This document shows, one piece after another, positions 55,826 to 64,000 of a stretch of DNA of 64,000 nt. A program made the translations under genes and the position numbers. The notes under the pieces are model-generated. The model saw only the letters and a program-made list of their open reading frames with translations, had not been told where the DNA came from and made no database searches. Every line of letters starts with the position of its first letter. Position 1 is the stretch's first letter. Source of the DNA: Lentisphaerota bacterium. GTDB lineage: Bacteria; Verrucomicrobiota; Kiritimatiellia; UBA8416; VGWI01. Where the stretch lies: positions 71,983 to 135,982 of the forward strand of contig VGWI01000001.1 in the NCBI GenBank assembly GCA_016873655.1, read 5' to 3'.

Positions 55826-55965
55826 GGCAAGCGCTCCTTCCGTCGACCCTACCGCAGTGGCGGGCACGAGAGACGGTGACAGATGCAGAGTGTAGCGGGC
55901 GTATGATGCACGGTGGGGCTCCCAAGCGCAAGGGTATTTTTCTCATTTTTGGGAGAAGTGCGGTG

Positions 55966-56032
55966 CCCCCTTGGCGAGACTGAACGCGCCTCGCCGGCTC
56001 TGCCGGAGGCGCGTTCAGTCTCGCCAAGGGGG
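55966..56032. repeat. long perfect inverted repeat (27-bp arms, 13-nt loop)
   Basis: CCCCCTTGGCGAGACTGAACGCGCCTC / gccggctctgccg / GAGGCGCGTTCAGTCTCGCCAAGGGGG. Lies between the stop of the GspG-like gene and the start of the sigma-54 activator gene. There is no U-tract on the transcribed strand. Confidence 0.6.
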
Positions 56033-56043
56033 GGGCTGGCGGG

Positions 56044-56550
56044 CTATTTCAGGATGACGTAGATGTTATCGCTGTCATAGATGTTTCGGCCCCGTCCGTT
56101 GGGGCCGAACGAGCCCACGACTACTCTCATCCGATTGCCCACAAGGTAATCAGGGTCGAAGAAGTACGGGTTGCCCCACGGATCATTCTCGATTTCCGGT
56201 ACGTACGGACCCCTCCAGTTGCTGTATGCCGCAGTTGAGGAGAGGATGCCAGCATCGCTTGCCCTGAGGTCCCAGATTTCACGGTCTTGAGAAACGTTCC
56301 TGATCAGGGCTCCGGGCCAGCGCCCGGTGTCCCACGCAAGCTGTTTGATTCCGGCAGCCAGTATTTCCACTTCTGCCATCGCCTTCCGCTTCTTGGTCTC
56401 GGTGTTTGTCTTGTTCAGTGCCGGAATGGCTATCGCCAGCAGTATCATGACCACGCTGAGCGTGATCATGATCTCCATAAGGGTGAAGCCTGGCCCTGAT
56501 TGCCCTCGAGCGAAGGCACGACGCTCTGCTTCTTCAGTCGGAATGTTCAT
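56044..56550 (-). CDS. GspG-like pseudopilin (prepilin-type N-terminus)
   Basis: GFTLMEIMITLSVVMILLAIAIP N-terminus and the GspG hallmark NDPWGNPYFFD. Start refined to the ATG at 56550 (MNIPTEEAERR...). The ORF track's ORF extends to 56850. Confidence 0.75.
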   Translation of the reverse strand: MNIPTEEAERRAFARGQSGPGFTLMEIMITLSVVMILLAIAIPALNKTNTETKKRKAMAEVEILAAGIKQLAWDTGRWPGALIRNVSQDREIWDLRASDAGILSSTAAYSNWRGPYVPEIENDPWGNPYFFDPDYLVGNRMRVVVGSFGPNGRGRNIYDSDNIYVILK

Positions 56551-56600
56551 TATCGGACTCCTATTGTCCATCCCATGCGCAGAGGATATACTACATTGGA

Positions 56601-56617
56601 AGCAGGCTCGGTGCCAG
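56601..56617 (-). promoter_or_regulatory. sigma-54 promoter candidate for the GspG-like pseudopilin gene
   Basis: Minus-strand CTGGCAC-cgagc-CTGCTT, the same unusual CTGCT -12 element as the pilin promoter, about 50 nt upstream of the ATG at 56550. Confidence 0.45.
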
Positions 56618-56772
56618 AAGGCGGGTGGATCGGAAATAGGATCGCGACGCCGAATGGCATACTTCGTGAGCGAAACAAGTCGCAAGTGTTTGAACGTCTT
56701 CGGGTAGCGCGTTGTCATTATCGAGAACTGGATGGCGGGCAAGTCTCTGCTAGGTAGATGGTTGTGCAATAT

Positions 56773-56788
56773 GGCCCGAGAGTTGCTA
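56773..56788 (+). promoter_or_regulatory. sigma-54 promoter candidate for the divergent minor-pseudopilin operon
   Basis: TGGCCC-gagag-TTGCT on the plus strand, about 50 nt upstream of the ATG at 56839. Confidence 0.35.
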
Positions 56789-56838
56789 ATTGTTGTTGCA
56801 CATCTTCTCGGGTATTCAGGCAAGGAGCTGATGGCAGA

Positions 56839-57291
56839 ATGAGAAGGCACATCTCAACAAGAAGGTTGGTGTTTTGGCGCTGTGCCGGCAAGTGCGGTTT
56901 CACGATGATTGAGGCGCTTGTTGCCGTGACGATCCTTGGGTTTTTTGTCGTGGGCGTATGTGCTCTGGTTGTTACGACGCGGGAAACGATGGATACAGCG
57001 CGTGCTCACTACACGGCTTCCAACATAGCCAAGAACCGCATCGAAAGGCTTCATGCGCTGGTATTCGATGACCTGGCGCAGTACGCGGAGGCGGGGGTTG
57101 TCGTGAACGACTCCGGCATGCCGTCATCGTCCGGTAACTTCATGCGTACGACGGTGGTTTCCAACGTGAACGACAGGCTGTTTGACATCAGGTGCGTTGT
57201 TACCATGCGCAACCGGGTGTCGCTTGCTTTCGAGGGGGGGGGCGAGTCGGTGCAGACTCTTATTGCGCGTTACGAGGCCCCGGAACGATGA
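56839..57291 (+). CDS. minor pseudopilin (GspH/GspI-like; prepilin-type N-terminus)
   Basis: Basic leader followed by GFTMIEALVAVTILGFFVV. 150 aa. ATG at 56839. Stop overlaps the next gene's ATG (ATGA). Confidence 0.65.
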   Translation: MRRHISTRRLVFWRCAGKCGFTMIEALVAVTILGFFVVGVCALVVTTRETMDTARAHYTASNIAKNRIERLHALVFDDLAQYAEAGVVVNDSGMPSSSGNFMRTTVVSNVNDRLFDIRCVVTMRNRVSLAFEGGGESVQTLIARYEAPER

Positions 57292-59348
57292 AGATTATGG
57301 AACATGACAGTGGCTTGTCAGCAGGCTTCAGCCTGGTCGAGTTGAGCGTTTCGATGGCCATAACACTGGTTGCCCTCGCGATCTCGATGGCAGGGATGAA
57401 GTACGCCATGAGAGGTTCTTCGCAAAACTCGGTGCAGAACGAGCTTGATGTGGACGTTCAGTTGGCGATGGAGAGAGTGAAGTACGATCTAAGGATGACT
57501 TCGTTGGATCAGGTGTTTTTCTATCCGGAGGGGCCTGGTCCGTATTCTGCCATGTCTTTCCCGATGGCCTCGGACAGCGACGGGGATGGCCGTCTGGATT
57601 TCGACGGCGAGGTGTTGCTGTGGAACCGGACCGTGATCTATCACGTCTGGCAGGGGCAGCCGTATCAGTTGAGAAAGACGGTTTTCTCGCCAAGAGTCAA
57701 CCTGACGGACGTGCAGCGACAGGCTCAACTGAACGCCGTTTTTGCGAACGGATCGGGAGCCGGCACGTACAACGGCACCAATGCCCAGTCAACCGTTGTG
57801 TTCGAGAACCTGTTCCAGTGGCAGTTGCGGACTGTCGGTTCCACCTACGATTGCTACGCTCCTTCAGTGAGAAGGGAAATGGTTTCGTTCGGCTCGGCAG
57901 TTCTCGATTCAGGGACTCATTCGTTCAGGTTTGAGGTTGTGTCCAAGAACTCGGCGAGTTCCGGGCGAAACATCGGGCTTGACCTGATCTTTGCCTCCCC
58001 AAGCTACAGTCCTAGAGAGGGCGAGGCTCAGTTGCCGGCGTCGGTTCAGGTTGGTGTGGCAGCCGCGAGGGAGTACAGGCCGGGCGGATCATGGAGCGGG
58101 AACCACCATCTGCTCTTCCCTGCGACGGCTAACGGCCACTACTTCGATCTCTCCATGGAAAACGACCGATGGGAGGAGACGAATTTCGATTCGAGGGGCG
58201 ACGAATTCAAGAACGCGAGAGTTGTGTTCGATGACACTTTGACGCCAAAGGACTTCGTGGTCCGGCTTGACGGGCCCGGCACGAACTGGACCTCTGCGGC
58301 CCAGACGGGCACAACGAATACCGCAGAGGTGCTTGTCAGCGATATCCAGAACAAGGTTATCCGCGTGCCCATCCGGGGCGGCATGATGATAGGTGGAGGC
58401 TGGCTTGGATTCAGCGGACGCAGGTGCCGGATGGCGTTCAAAGCCGGTTCAGCTTCGTTCACGATTGATTCGGCATTCATCTCCGAGAGCGCCAGTAGCG
58501 AGACGAACACCATGAACACGATTGCGACCAGCACCAGGCGCATTACGTTCGGAGGAGCGAATGGGATCGGCATCGCGGCCGGGCAGACTGCATGGTCAGA
58601 CCTGATTGACTTCCCCCTGGACAAGGACAAGAGCTACCACGTCACTTACTCCGTCAGGAACGGGGCCGGCCATGGCTACACGGTAGGCTGGCCACAGTCT
58701 GTTCCTTCCAGTCTGCCAGGTTGCTACGTCGTCAATGCCCCTGTTGGCGGGGGAGAGGCAGTCGCATTGCAGGCGGACTGGCGTGCCAGAGGGGATGTTT
58801 TCCACACGAACATGGTTCTCGGTCTCCGAACCATCTACTCGACGTGTCCGGAGAAGGGCCGGTATGTTTCTCCTTCTTTCGACACGCAGCAGAGCGCGCC
58901 AGCCTACAGTACGATCGCGTGGAACGCGGATGTCCCTTCCGGCACGGCCCTGAACATGTACGTTCGCACCGCGGCCAACAGCGCGATGTCAAGCGCAGCG
59001 GCGTGGACAAACCTGAGTGCAGTAAGCCAGGGGGCCATCAGCCCTGGGAACGGAAGGTACGTGCAATTCGCCGCCGACCTCTTCTCAAGCTCGACGGGAG
59101 AACAGACCCCGTTGCTCAAGGACGTGAGGATCAGATGGATCGGCGTCAAGCGCGGCGTGGATGTTGCCGCCGTGGTTACGAAAGGCCCTGACTACGGGGT
59201 CGTCAAGGTTACGGTTGACGGGAAGCCCTTGAGCTCGGGTTTGATGATAGATCTGGAGATATTCAAGGAGGCAAGAGGGTTCAAGGGCACCAAGCTAATG
59301 ACTTCGAGCCTGCGGGCTGAGGTGATGCCCAGGAATTCCGGAAGGTAG
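57288..59348 (+). CDS. giant prepilin-type protein (686 aa) with EF-hand-like calcium-binding loop (PilY1/large minor pilin-like)
   Basis: N-terminus GFSLVELSVSMAITLVALAI is prepilin-type with Glu+5. DSDGDGRLDFDGE matches the DxDxDGxxD Ca-binding loop known from PilY1. The remainder is beta-rich. Confidence 0.6.
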   Translation: MKIMEHDSGLSAGFSLVELSVSMAITLVALAISMAGMKYAMRGSSQNSVQNELDVDVQLAMERVKYDLRMTSLDQVFFYPEGPGPYSAMSFPMASDSDGDGRLDFDGEVLLWNRTVIYHVWQGQPYQLRKTVFSPRVNLTDVQRQAQLNAVFANGSGAGTYNGTNAQSTVVFENLFQWQLRTVGSTYDCYAPSVRREMVSFGSAVLDSGTHSFRFEVVSKNSASSGRNIGLDLIFASPSYSPREGEAQLPASVQVGVAAAREYRPGGSWSGNHHLLFPATANGHYFDLSMENDRWEETNFDSRGDEFKNARVVFDDTLTPKDFVVRLDGPGTNWTSAAQTGTTNTAEVLVSDIQNKVIRVPIRGGMMIGGGWLGFSGRRCRMAFKAGSASFTIDSAFISESASSETNTMNTIATSTRRITFGGANGIGIAAGQTAWSDLIDFPLDKDKSYHVTYSVRNGAGHGYTVGWPQSVPSSLPGCYVVNAPVGGGEAVALQADWRARGDVFHTNMVLGLRTIYSTCPEKGRYVSPSFDTQQSAPAYSTIAWNADVPSGTALNMYVRTAANSAMSSAAAWTNLSAVSQGAISPGNGRYVQFAADLFSSSTGEQTPLLKDVRIRWIGVKRGVDVAAVVTKGPDYGVVKVTVDGKPLSSGLMIDLEIFKEARGFKGTKLMTSSLRAEVMPRNSGR

Positions 59349-59388
59349 ACATGGTGATCAGGGCCCTTGCAGGGGCAGGGAGGTAGCG

Positions 59389-60537
59389 ATGAGACTGTTC
59401 ACTGGAAGAGGAAGTGCGAGATCGGGATCGGCCATCTTGTCGGTCATCGTTGTTCTCAGTTCGGTGGCGCTTGTGCTGGCGATTTCTGTGTCGTCCAGTC
59501 TGCAGCGCGCCCACCTGGCGAGAAAGCTCTCCAATCGTGTTCGCGCACACGCGATAGCGGAGGCCGGAGTGGCCGACGCCTACGCTGCCCTGTACACGAA
59601 CTGGGGGGCGAGAACGAATTCCGTGGCATTCCCGGTCAAGTCATTTGGCGGCGGGACGTTCGACGCTACGGTCACCTCGACTGACCCGTATTGGGCAGTG
59701 ATTTGCTCCACGGGTTGGTACGGCGGAGTTGAGCAGAGCGTGATTCTGGACGTGAAGCTGGCAGTTGAGACTCAGTCCGGCCCGAGCAGCCCGGCTTTCG
59801 ATTGCACGATATTGGCCGAGAGGGCTATCACCTGGAGCGGCGGCGGTGATTTCAGATCAAACGGAGTTATCAGGGGGAACGCCGCACTCACGCAGTCTGG
59901 CAGCGGACAACTGAACTGCGACGTCAAGGCGACTGGGGCAGTCAGGCTCAACGGCAACTCGGGCTACATAGACGGAGACGTGTGGGCGCCTGAGATCAGT
60001 GGGAAGACAAGCAAGATAATGGGGGCGATGCATGTTGAGCCGGTGGCCGCGATGCCGATCCCGGTTCTTGACCTCACTCCCTACTACAACCATGCCGATT
60101 CGCAGGTGCCTCGTCAGGTGTTCACGGGCAAGAAGACGATCAACAGCAACCTGGTGGTTCCCGGCGGCATCATGTGGGTGAACGGCGACCTGGACATCAG
60201 CGGGAACATTGACCTGACTGGTTGCTTCATCGCCACCGGCGACATAAAGATCGCCGGCAATGGCAGGCACTTCAAAGTGAACGGCTATCCGGCCTTCGTC
60301 AGCAGGGACGGTTCGATCAAGTTCCCCGGCGGCAAGGAAATAGAGGGGTTGCTTTACACGCGGATAGGCGACGTTGATATGTCGGGCGGCGGCCACATCA
60401 GGGGGTCGATAATCTGCGGTGGTGAGTTCAAGAAAACAGGCGGATCCACCGTGTTCAGCTACGTCAAATCGGTGCCTGCAGTGCCCGGTCAGGTTCAGAC
60501 GCAGGGCAGGGTGCTGGCGATGGCCTGGCAGAAGTAG
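59389..60537 (+). CDS. pseudopilin-like protein with C-terminal beta-helix/solenoid repeats (PilX/ComZ-like)
   Basis: Hydrophobic N-terminal helix GSAILSVIVVLSSVALVLAISV. Repeated G-x-I/V-x-I/V-x-G turns (GNIDLTGCFIATGDIKIAGNG..., GGHIRGSIICGG) are typical of parallel beta-helices. Confidence 0.5.
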   Translation: MRLFTGRGSARSGSAILSVIVVLSSVALVLAISVSSSLQRAHLARKLSNRVRAHAIAEAGVADAYAALYTNWGARTNSVAFPVKSFGGGTFDATVTSTDPYWAVICSTGWYGGVEQSVILDVKLAVETQSGPSSPAFDCTILAERAITWSGGGDFRSNGVIRGNAALTQSGSGQLNCDVKATGAVRLNGNSGYIDGDVWAPEISGKTSKIMGAMHVEPVAAMPIPVLDLTPYYNHADSQVPRQVFTGKKTINSNLVVPGGIMWVNGDLDISGNIDLTGCFIATGDIKIAGNGRHFKVNGYPAFVSRDGSIKFPGGKEIEGLLYTRIGDVDMSGGGHIRGSIICGGEFKKTGGSTVFSYVKSVPAVPGQVQTQGRVLAMAWQK

Positions 60538-60619
60538 ATGGCGAGACCGGCCCGTTCTTTTCTGCAGCCGTCGTATGAAGGACGATGTTTTCCTGAGGAG
60601 CGCCCCTTGCGTGGCGCTG

Positions 60620-63016
60620 CTACATAGGACGTGAGGGCGCAGGCGTTGGGTCGTTGGCAGGTTGCGCCGTTGGGTCGGGCTCGGGCGCCATTTCGGGGAG
60701 GGCGCGGATGCGTTTCATCTCGTTGTTCACCGCCACGGCAGCGTCCATCAGCCCGCGTTTTGTGAAATCTTTCTGCAGGTCTGCAAGCTGTTTGAGGTAC
60801 GCGTTAGCGATCTGGACGACGCGTCTCTTCCTCTCTTCAACTCTGCGGGTGGCCTGGGCCCGGAACTCAACGCGAAGCTGGTCCAATTGCGGGTGCGAGG
60901 GATAGAGCATGCCGGTCTCGCCGGCGGCAGCGGGGTCGGGGATGAACCGGTCCGCGCGGAAGCGCTCCATTTCCTCGGTGAACGCCGCCCATCCGTCAAA
61001 GTCGCCCTTTTTCTGCATGTCCTGCTGGCGTTTGGCCAGGTCGGCCAGATACGCCTCCGGCCATTCCTGTTCCGCGCGGCGGAACTCCGAGACCACCGAA
61101 TCTGCGGCCCGGGTGAAATCGGCCCTGGCCTGTGCGAGCAGTTCCGTGTGTCCAGCCTCCGGTGGCAGGGGCGGCGGAGCCTCCGCCGGGTTGCCGGCGG
61201 GGGCATCCGGCCGTGAGTACATGTCCGCCGCTTCCCACAGCGCCGCGTAAGAGTCGAATGCCGGGCGCAGTGGCGCCGGTTCGCGGAGAGCGATGGCGAA
61301 CCCGTAGACTGCCTTGAAGAGGCGCGGTGTGACGGGGGAAAAGATGCGGAACGCCGGCGGCGCGGAGAGGAGGTAGAGCGCCAGGACTGCGAAGGCCGAA
61401 ACTGCGGACACCCGCACTGTTCGGCGCAGGCGGATTGAGGCCGCGATTCTGCGGACGCGCGGGTCGGCCGGCGCGGCGTCGGTCAAGTCCTCGACTATGC
61501 GTTCGGCGAAGGCCCAGTCCCTGCGCGCCGCCGCCTCGCGCGCGCGGTCGAGGTCGCGTTCCACCCGCAGCGAGGCCAGTTGCTTCTTCTGTCCGGAGAA
61601 CAGCGAATCGTTCGAGAGCGTTTCGTACTCGTTGATATGGCGTTCGGCCTGCTCGTAGTTGCGGACGGCGATCTCGTTCGGGATCAAGTCTTTCAGCTTC
61701 ATCCGTCGCGCCAGCGCGCGGCGGGCGTCTTCGCCGTAGTGATGAATCCGCTCGACCATGCGGCGTCCGTTTTCGCCGCAGGGCTTGAACCCGGATATCT
61801 GGCCGCACTGCTGGATGATGAGTTCGTAGGACTTGTCATCCCAGTACTTGCGGATGCGATCTTCCAGCGAGGTGGCGATTTCGTATTCGCGTGAGTCGGC
61901 GCCGCATACGCCGCAGAACTGGATGCCGATCCTGATTTCCGATCCGCATTCCGAGCACACCTCGCCGCCATCCCATCCGCATTTGCCGCAGTAGCGGATC
62001 ATCACAGGGTTGACCGTGTCGCACCACTTGCAGCGCCAGGTGCTTTTCACGGTCGGCACTTCGATCGTCGAAGGTGCTTTCACCAGGTTCAGGGCGGCGG
62101 CGAAGTCCCGCACCGATAGCCAGCGGCGTTCGCGGTCCGGCTCCAGAGCCTTGGCGATCGGCATCCGGAGCCCTTCGGGGATGTCGCTCTCGCGGAAGTA
62201 GCGGGGGTTCTGGCCGGTTATGCTGAAGAACAGTAGGGCGCCGAGCCCGTAGACATCGGCGCGCTCGTCGGTGACCGTTGCATCAGCTTCCTGCTCCGGG
62301 GCGCCGTACCCGAGCGAGAGCATTCTTTCACCCGGCAGGGTCAGGCGCTGGGTGTCCGGGGTCATCTTCAGGGCGAGGCCGAAGTCAACGATACGCGGTT
62401 CGTAGTTGCCGTTAAGAAGCACGTTCGAAGGCTTGAGATCGCGGTGGATCACGCGGCAGGAATGGGCGTAGGAGACCGCGTCGCAGATCTTGAGCATGAG
62501 GTCCAGGGCATCGGAGACCGACAGCGGGCCATCGCGGTGTACGCGGTCGGCCAGTGAAAACGGCATCGGCGGCACCTTGTTGGGCGATGCCTCGGTTGGG
62601 CCGGCTACATACTCCATCACTATGTAGGGGCCTTCCTCATCCTCGCCCAGCCCGTAGATGTGCACGATACCGCTGTGGTTGAGGGCGGCGACGGCGCGGG
62701 CTTCCCGGAGGAACCGGCTCTTGAGAGAGGCGTTTGCGATGCTGGCGGCGTTCAGTCTCTTGATCGCTACGTGCCGGCCGAGTTTCTGGTCACGAGCGAG
62801 GTAGACAACGCCCATCCCGCCGTCGCCGATCTTTTCGAGGACCGCGTAGTGGGTCTTTATCGAGCCGGCCGGGGCCGCTGAGGTAGTTGCCCAGTCCCGG
62901 TTTCGCTGAGTTGTGCCGACGTTGGGCGCAACGAGCCTGACTGTGCGGGGTTCCCGTTCCGCGGGGGCATCCCCGTCCAGCGTGCCGTCATCATTGTCTC
63001 GTTGTCTCTCTGGCAT
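60620..63016 (-). CDS. transmembrane Ser/Thr protein kinase with two zinc ribbons and extracytoplasmic C-terminal domain
   Basis: Hanks kinase subdomains GDGGMGVVY, VAIKRL, HRDLKPSNVLL, DFG and APE. Two ribbons, CKWC...CGKC and CSEC...CGVC. One TM helix, VSAVSAFAVLALYLLSAPPAF. ATG at 63016; the ORF track's ORF starts at a TTG at 63052. Confidence 0.8.
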   Translation of the reverse strand: MPERQRDNDDGTLDGDAPAEREPRTVRLVAPNVGTTQRNRDWATTSAAPAGSIKTHYAVLEKIGDGGMGVVYLARDQKLGRHVAIKRLNAASIANASLKSRFLREARAVAALNHSGIVHIYGLGEDEEGPYIVMEYVAGPTEASPNKVPPMPFSLADRVHRDGPLSVSDALDLMLKICDAVSYAHSCRVIHRDLKPSNVLLNGNYEPRIVDFGLALKMTPDTQRLTLPGERMLSLGYGAPEQEADATVTDERADVYGLGALLFFSITGQNPRYFRESDIPEGLRMPIAKALEPDRERRWLSVRDFAAALNLVKAPSTIEVPTVKSTWRCKWCDTVNPVMIRYCGKCGWDGGEVCSECGSEIRIGIQFCGVCGADSREYEIATSLEDRIRKYWDDKSYELIIQQCGQISGFKPCGENGRRMVERIHHYGEDARRALARRMKLKDLIPNEIAVRNYEQAERHINEYETLSNDSLFSGQKKQLASLRVERDLDRAREAAARRDWAFAERIVEDLTDAAPADPRVRRIAASIRLRRTVRVSAVSAFAVLALYLLSAPPAFRIFSPVTPRLFKAVYGFAIALREPAPLRPAFDSYAALWEAADMYSRPDAPAGNPAEAPPPLPPEAGHTELLAQARADFTRAADSVVSEFRRAEQEWPEAYLADLAKRQQDMQKKGDFDGWAAFTEEMERFRADRFIPDPAAAGETGMLYPSHPQLDQLRVEFRAQATRRVEERKRRVVQIANAYLKQLADLQKDFTKRGLMDAAVAVNNEMKRIRALPEMAPEPDPTAQPANDPTPAPSRPM

Positions 63017-63312
63017 TGACTGTTCCGGCGATCGGGCTGCAGTTCCTTCCAAGGCGTTATGGAGACCGGTCTTATACCACGACCGGATGGGACTGGCATT
63101 TGAAAAGTGGCGGAGGTTCGGGCGCAGCTGCGGTTTATCGCATCTCCATCTGTCCGTCGGCCTTGCGTCGGCGTCGGCAGACTCATGTTGGTCTCATTCC
63201 GGCGGGCTCCTGACGTTCATTCTGTTCAGCGGCATGCGCAAGGCGTTGATGGATAGATGGTTGAATGCGATGGGCAACGGTTGTGCCGTACCGGTGGCGG
63301 GGGGACAAGCCG

Positions 63313-63341
63313 CTTGACGGCGCGTGGTCCCTCCGATATGC
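63313..63341 (+). promoter_or_regulatory. candidate sigma-70 promoter for ispD
   Basis: TTGACG-17 nt-TATGCT, ending about 65 nt upstream of the ispD ATG. Confidence 0.3.
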
Positions 63342-63404
63342 TCGCGGCCCGAGTGGAGGTGGTTGAATCGTGTATCTGCCTGCCGATCGTTGGGGAGGGC
63401 GCTC

Positions 63405-64000
63405 ATGAACTTCGGTGTAATCGTCGCCGGGGGCAACAGCACGCGGATGGGTCCGAAAGTGGACAAGGCTTTTCTCAGCCTTGGGACACGGCCGGTGCTT
63501 GCGTACTCCGTACTTGCGTTTGAGCACTGTCAGGACATTGACGGGATTGTGCTTGTGGTGCGCAAGGACCGGGTTGAGGCGGCGCGCGGTATGGTGCAGT
63601 TGTATGGTTGCGCGAAGGTAAAGAAGATCGTTGCGGGCGGTGCGCAGCGCCAGGTTTCCGTGGCGAAGGGGCTTGAGCAGCTGGGTCCGGAAGTGAAGGT
63701 TGTTGCGGTTCATGACGGTGCGCGGCCCTGCATTACTCCGGGGTTGGTTTCCGAAACGATCCAGGCGGCGAAGCGTTACGGTTCGGGTGTGGCGGCCGTG
63801 AAGATAACGGACACCGTCAAGCACGTTGAGCGCGGGCTGACCGTGACGCGCACTGTGAGCAGGGAGAAGCTGTGGGCGGTGCAGACGCCCCAGGCCTTCA
63901 AGGTGGACGTGCTTCAGAAGGCGTTCAAAGCTGTCAGGAAGAAGAGCGCGGATGTTACGGACGAGGCTTCCGCGCTCGAGTTGATAGGCGAGCAGGTCCG
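63405..64000 (+). CDS. ispD: 2-C-methyl-D-erythritol 4-phosphate cytidylyltransferase (3'-truncated by the window end)
   Basis: MNFGVIVAGGNSTRMG...DKAFL, the VAVHDGARPC motif and TDEASALE. GGGGAGGG RBS. Runs off the window end. Confidence 0.85.
   Translation, partial: MNFGVIVAGGNSTRMGPKVDKAFLSLGTRPVLAYSVLAFEHCQDIDGIVLVVRKDRVEAARGMVQLYGCAKVKKIVAGGAQRQVSVAKGLEQLGPEVKVVAVHDGARPCITPGLVSETIQAAKRYGSGVAAVKITDTVKHVERGLTVTRTVSREKLWAVQTPQAFKVDVLQKAFKAVRKKSADVTDEASALELIGEQV

Noticed and set aside
60538-60619. An intrinsic terminator between the convergent pseudopilin and kinase genes
   Set aside because: Only a weak 6-bp stem (AGCGCC/GGCGCT) without a clear U-tract is present.
1-64000. CRISPR arrays, tRNA/rRNA genes, transposases/integrases, prophage or restriction-modification genes
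   Set aside because: No direct-repeat/spacer periodicity was seen, and no tRNA-like T-arm motifs in the few intergenic gaps. None of the ORFs have recombinase, transposase or methyltransferase motifs. The window appears to be core chromosome.

Overview
This window is a densely coding, high-GC (about 65%) bacterial chromosomal segment with roughly 60 genes on both strands. Many neighbouring genes have overlapping stop/start codons (ATGA, GTGA), which suggests polycistronic operons. No rRNA, tRNA, CRISPR array, transposase or integrase was seen. Housekeeping genes make up most of it: galK and a phosphohexomutase; der; class II ribonucleotide reductase nrdJ with a candidate NrdR box upstream; pyrK and pyrD; hisH and hisF; a Fe3+/polyamine-type ABC transporter; an ilvB-ilvH-leuA-aroE-pilD operon; uvrC; a GT9 heptosyltransferase; an Amidase_3; an MscS channel; a two-component pair; panC; and a 3'-truncated ispD. 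The most distinctive content is a type IV pilus / pseudopilin system spread over several loci. These are a PilM/N/O/P-like set plus a lipoprotein and a secretin, co-operonic with a histidine kinase; a prepilin peptidase; a major pilin with a C-terminal disulfide loop next to an NtrC/PilR-type sigma-54 activator; and a divergent minor-pseudopilin cluster that includes a 686-aa prepilin-type protein with an EF-hand-like Ca loop and a beta-helix-like pseudopilin. The abundance of prepilin-type N-terminal proteins in a high-GC genome suggests a Planctomycetes–Verrucomicrobia–Chlamydiae (PVC) superphylum-like lineage, but that is inference only. Four GG-N10-GC promoters of the form TGGCAC-N5-(C/T)TGCT sit 40-60 nt upstream of the pilus genes. 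Next to the pilin is a candidate glycosylation module: a GT2 polyprenyl-phosphate-sugar synthase, a DUF2304 protein, a TMTC/DUF1736-like TPR membrane glycosyltransferase, a second large membrane protein, and a fused membrane/spermidine-synthase protein. I also propose a classic four-segment transcription attenuator, with a 32-aa Val/Leu-rich leader peptide and an intrinsic terminator, in the ilvB 5' leader. All functional calls rest on motif-level recognition by eye; no database search was run.
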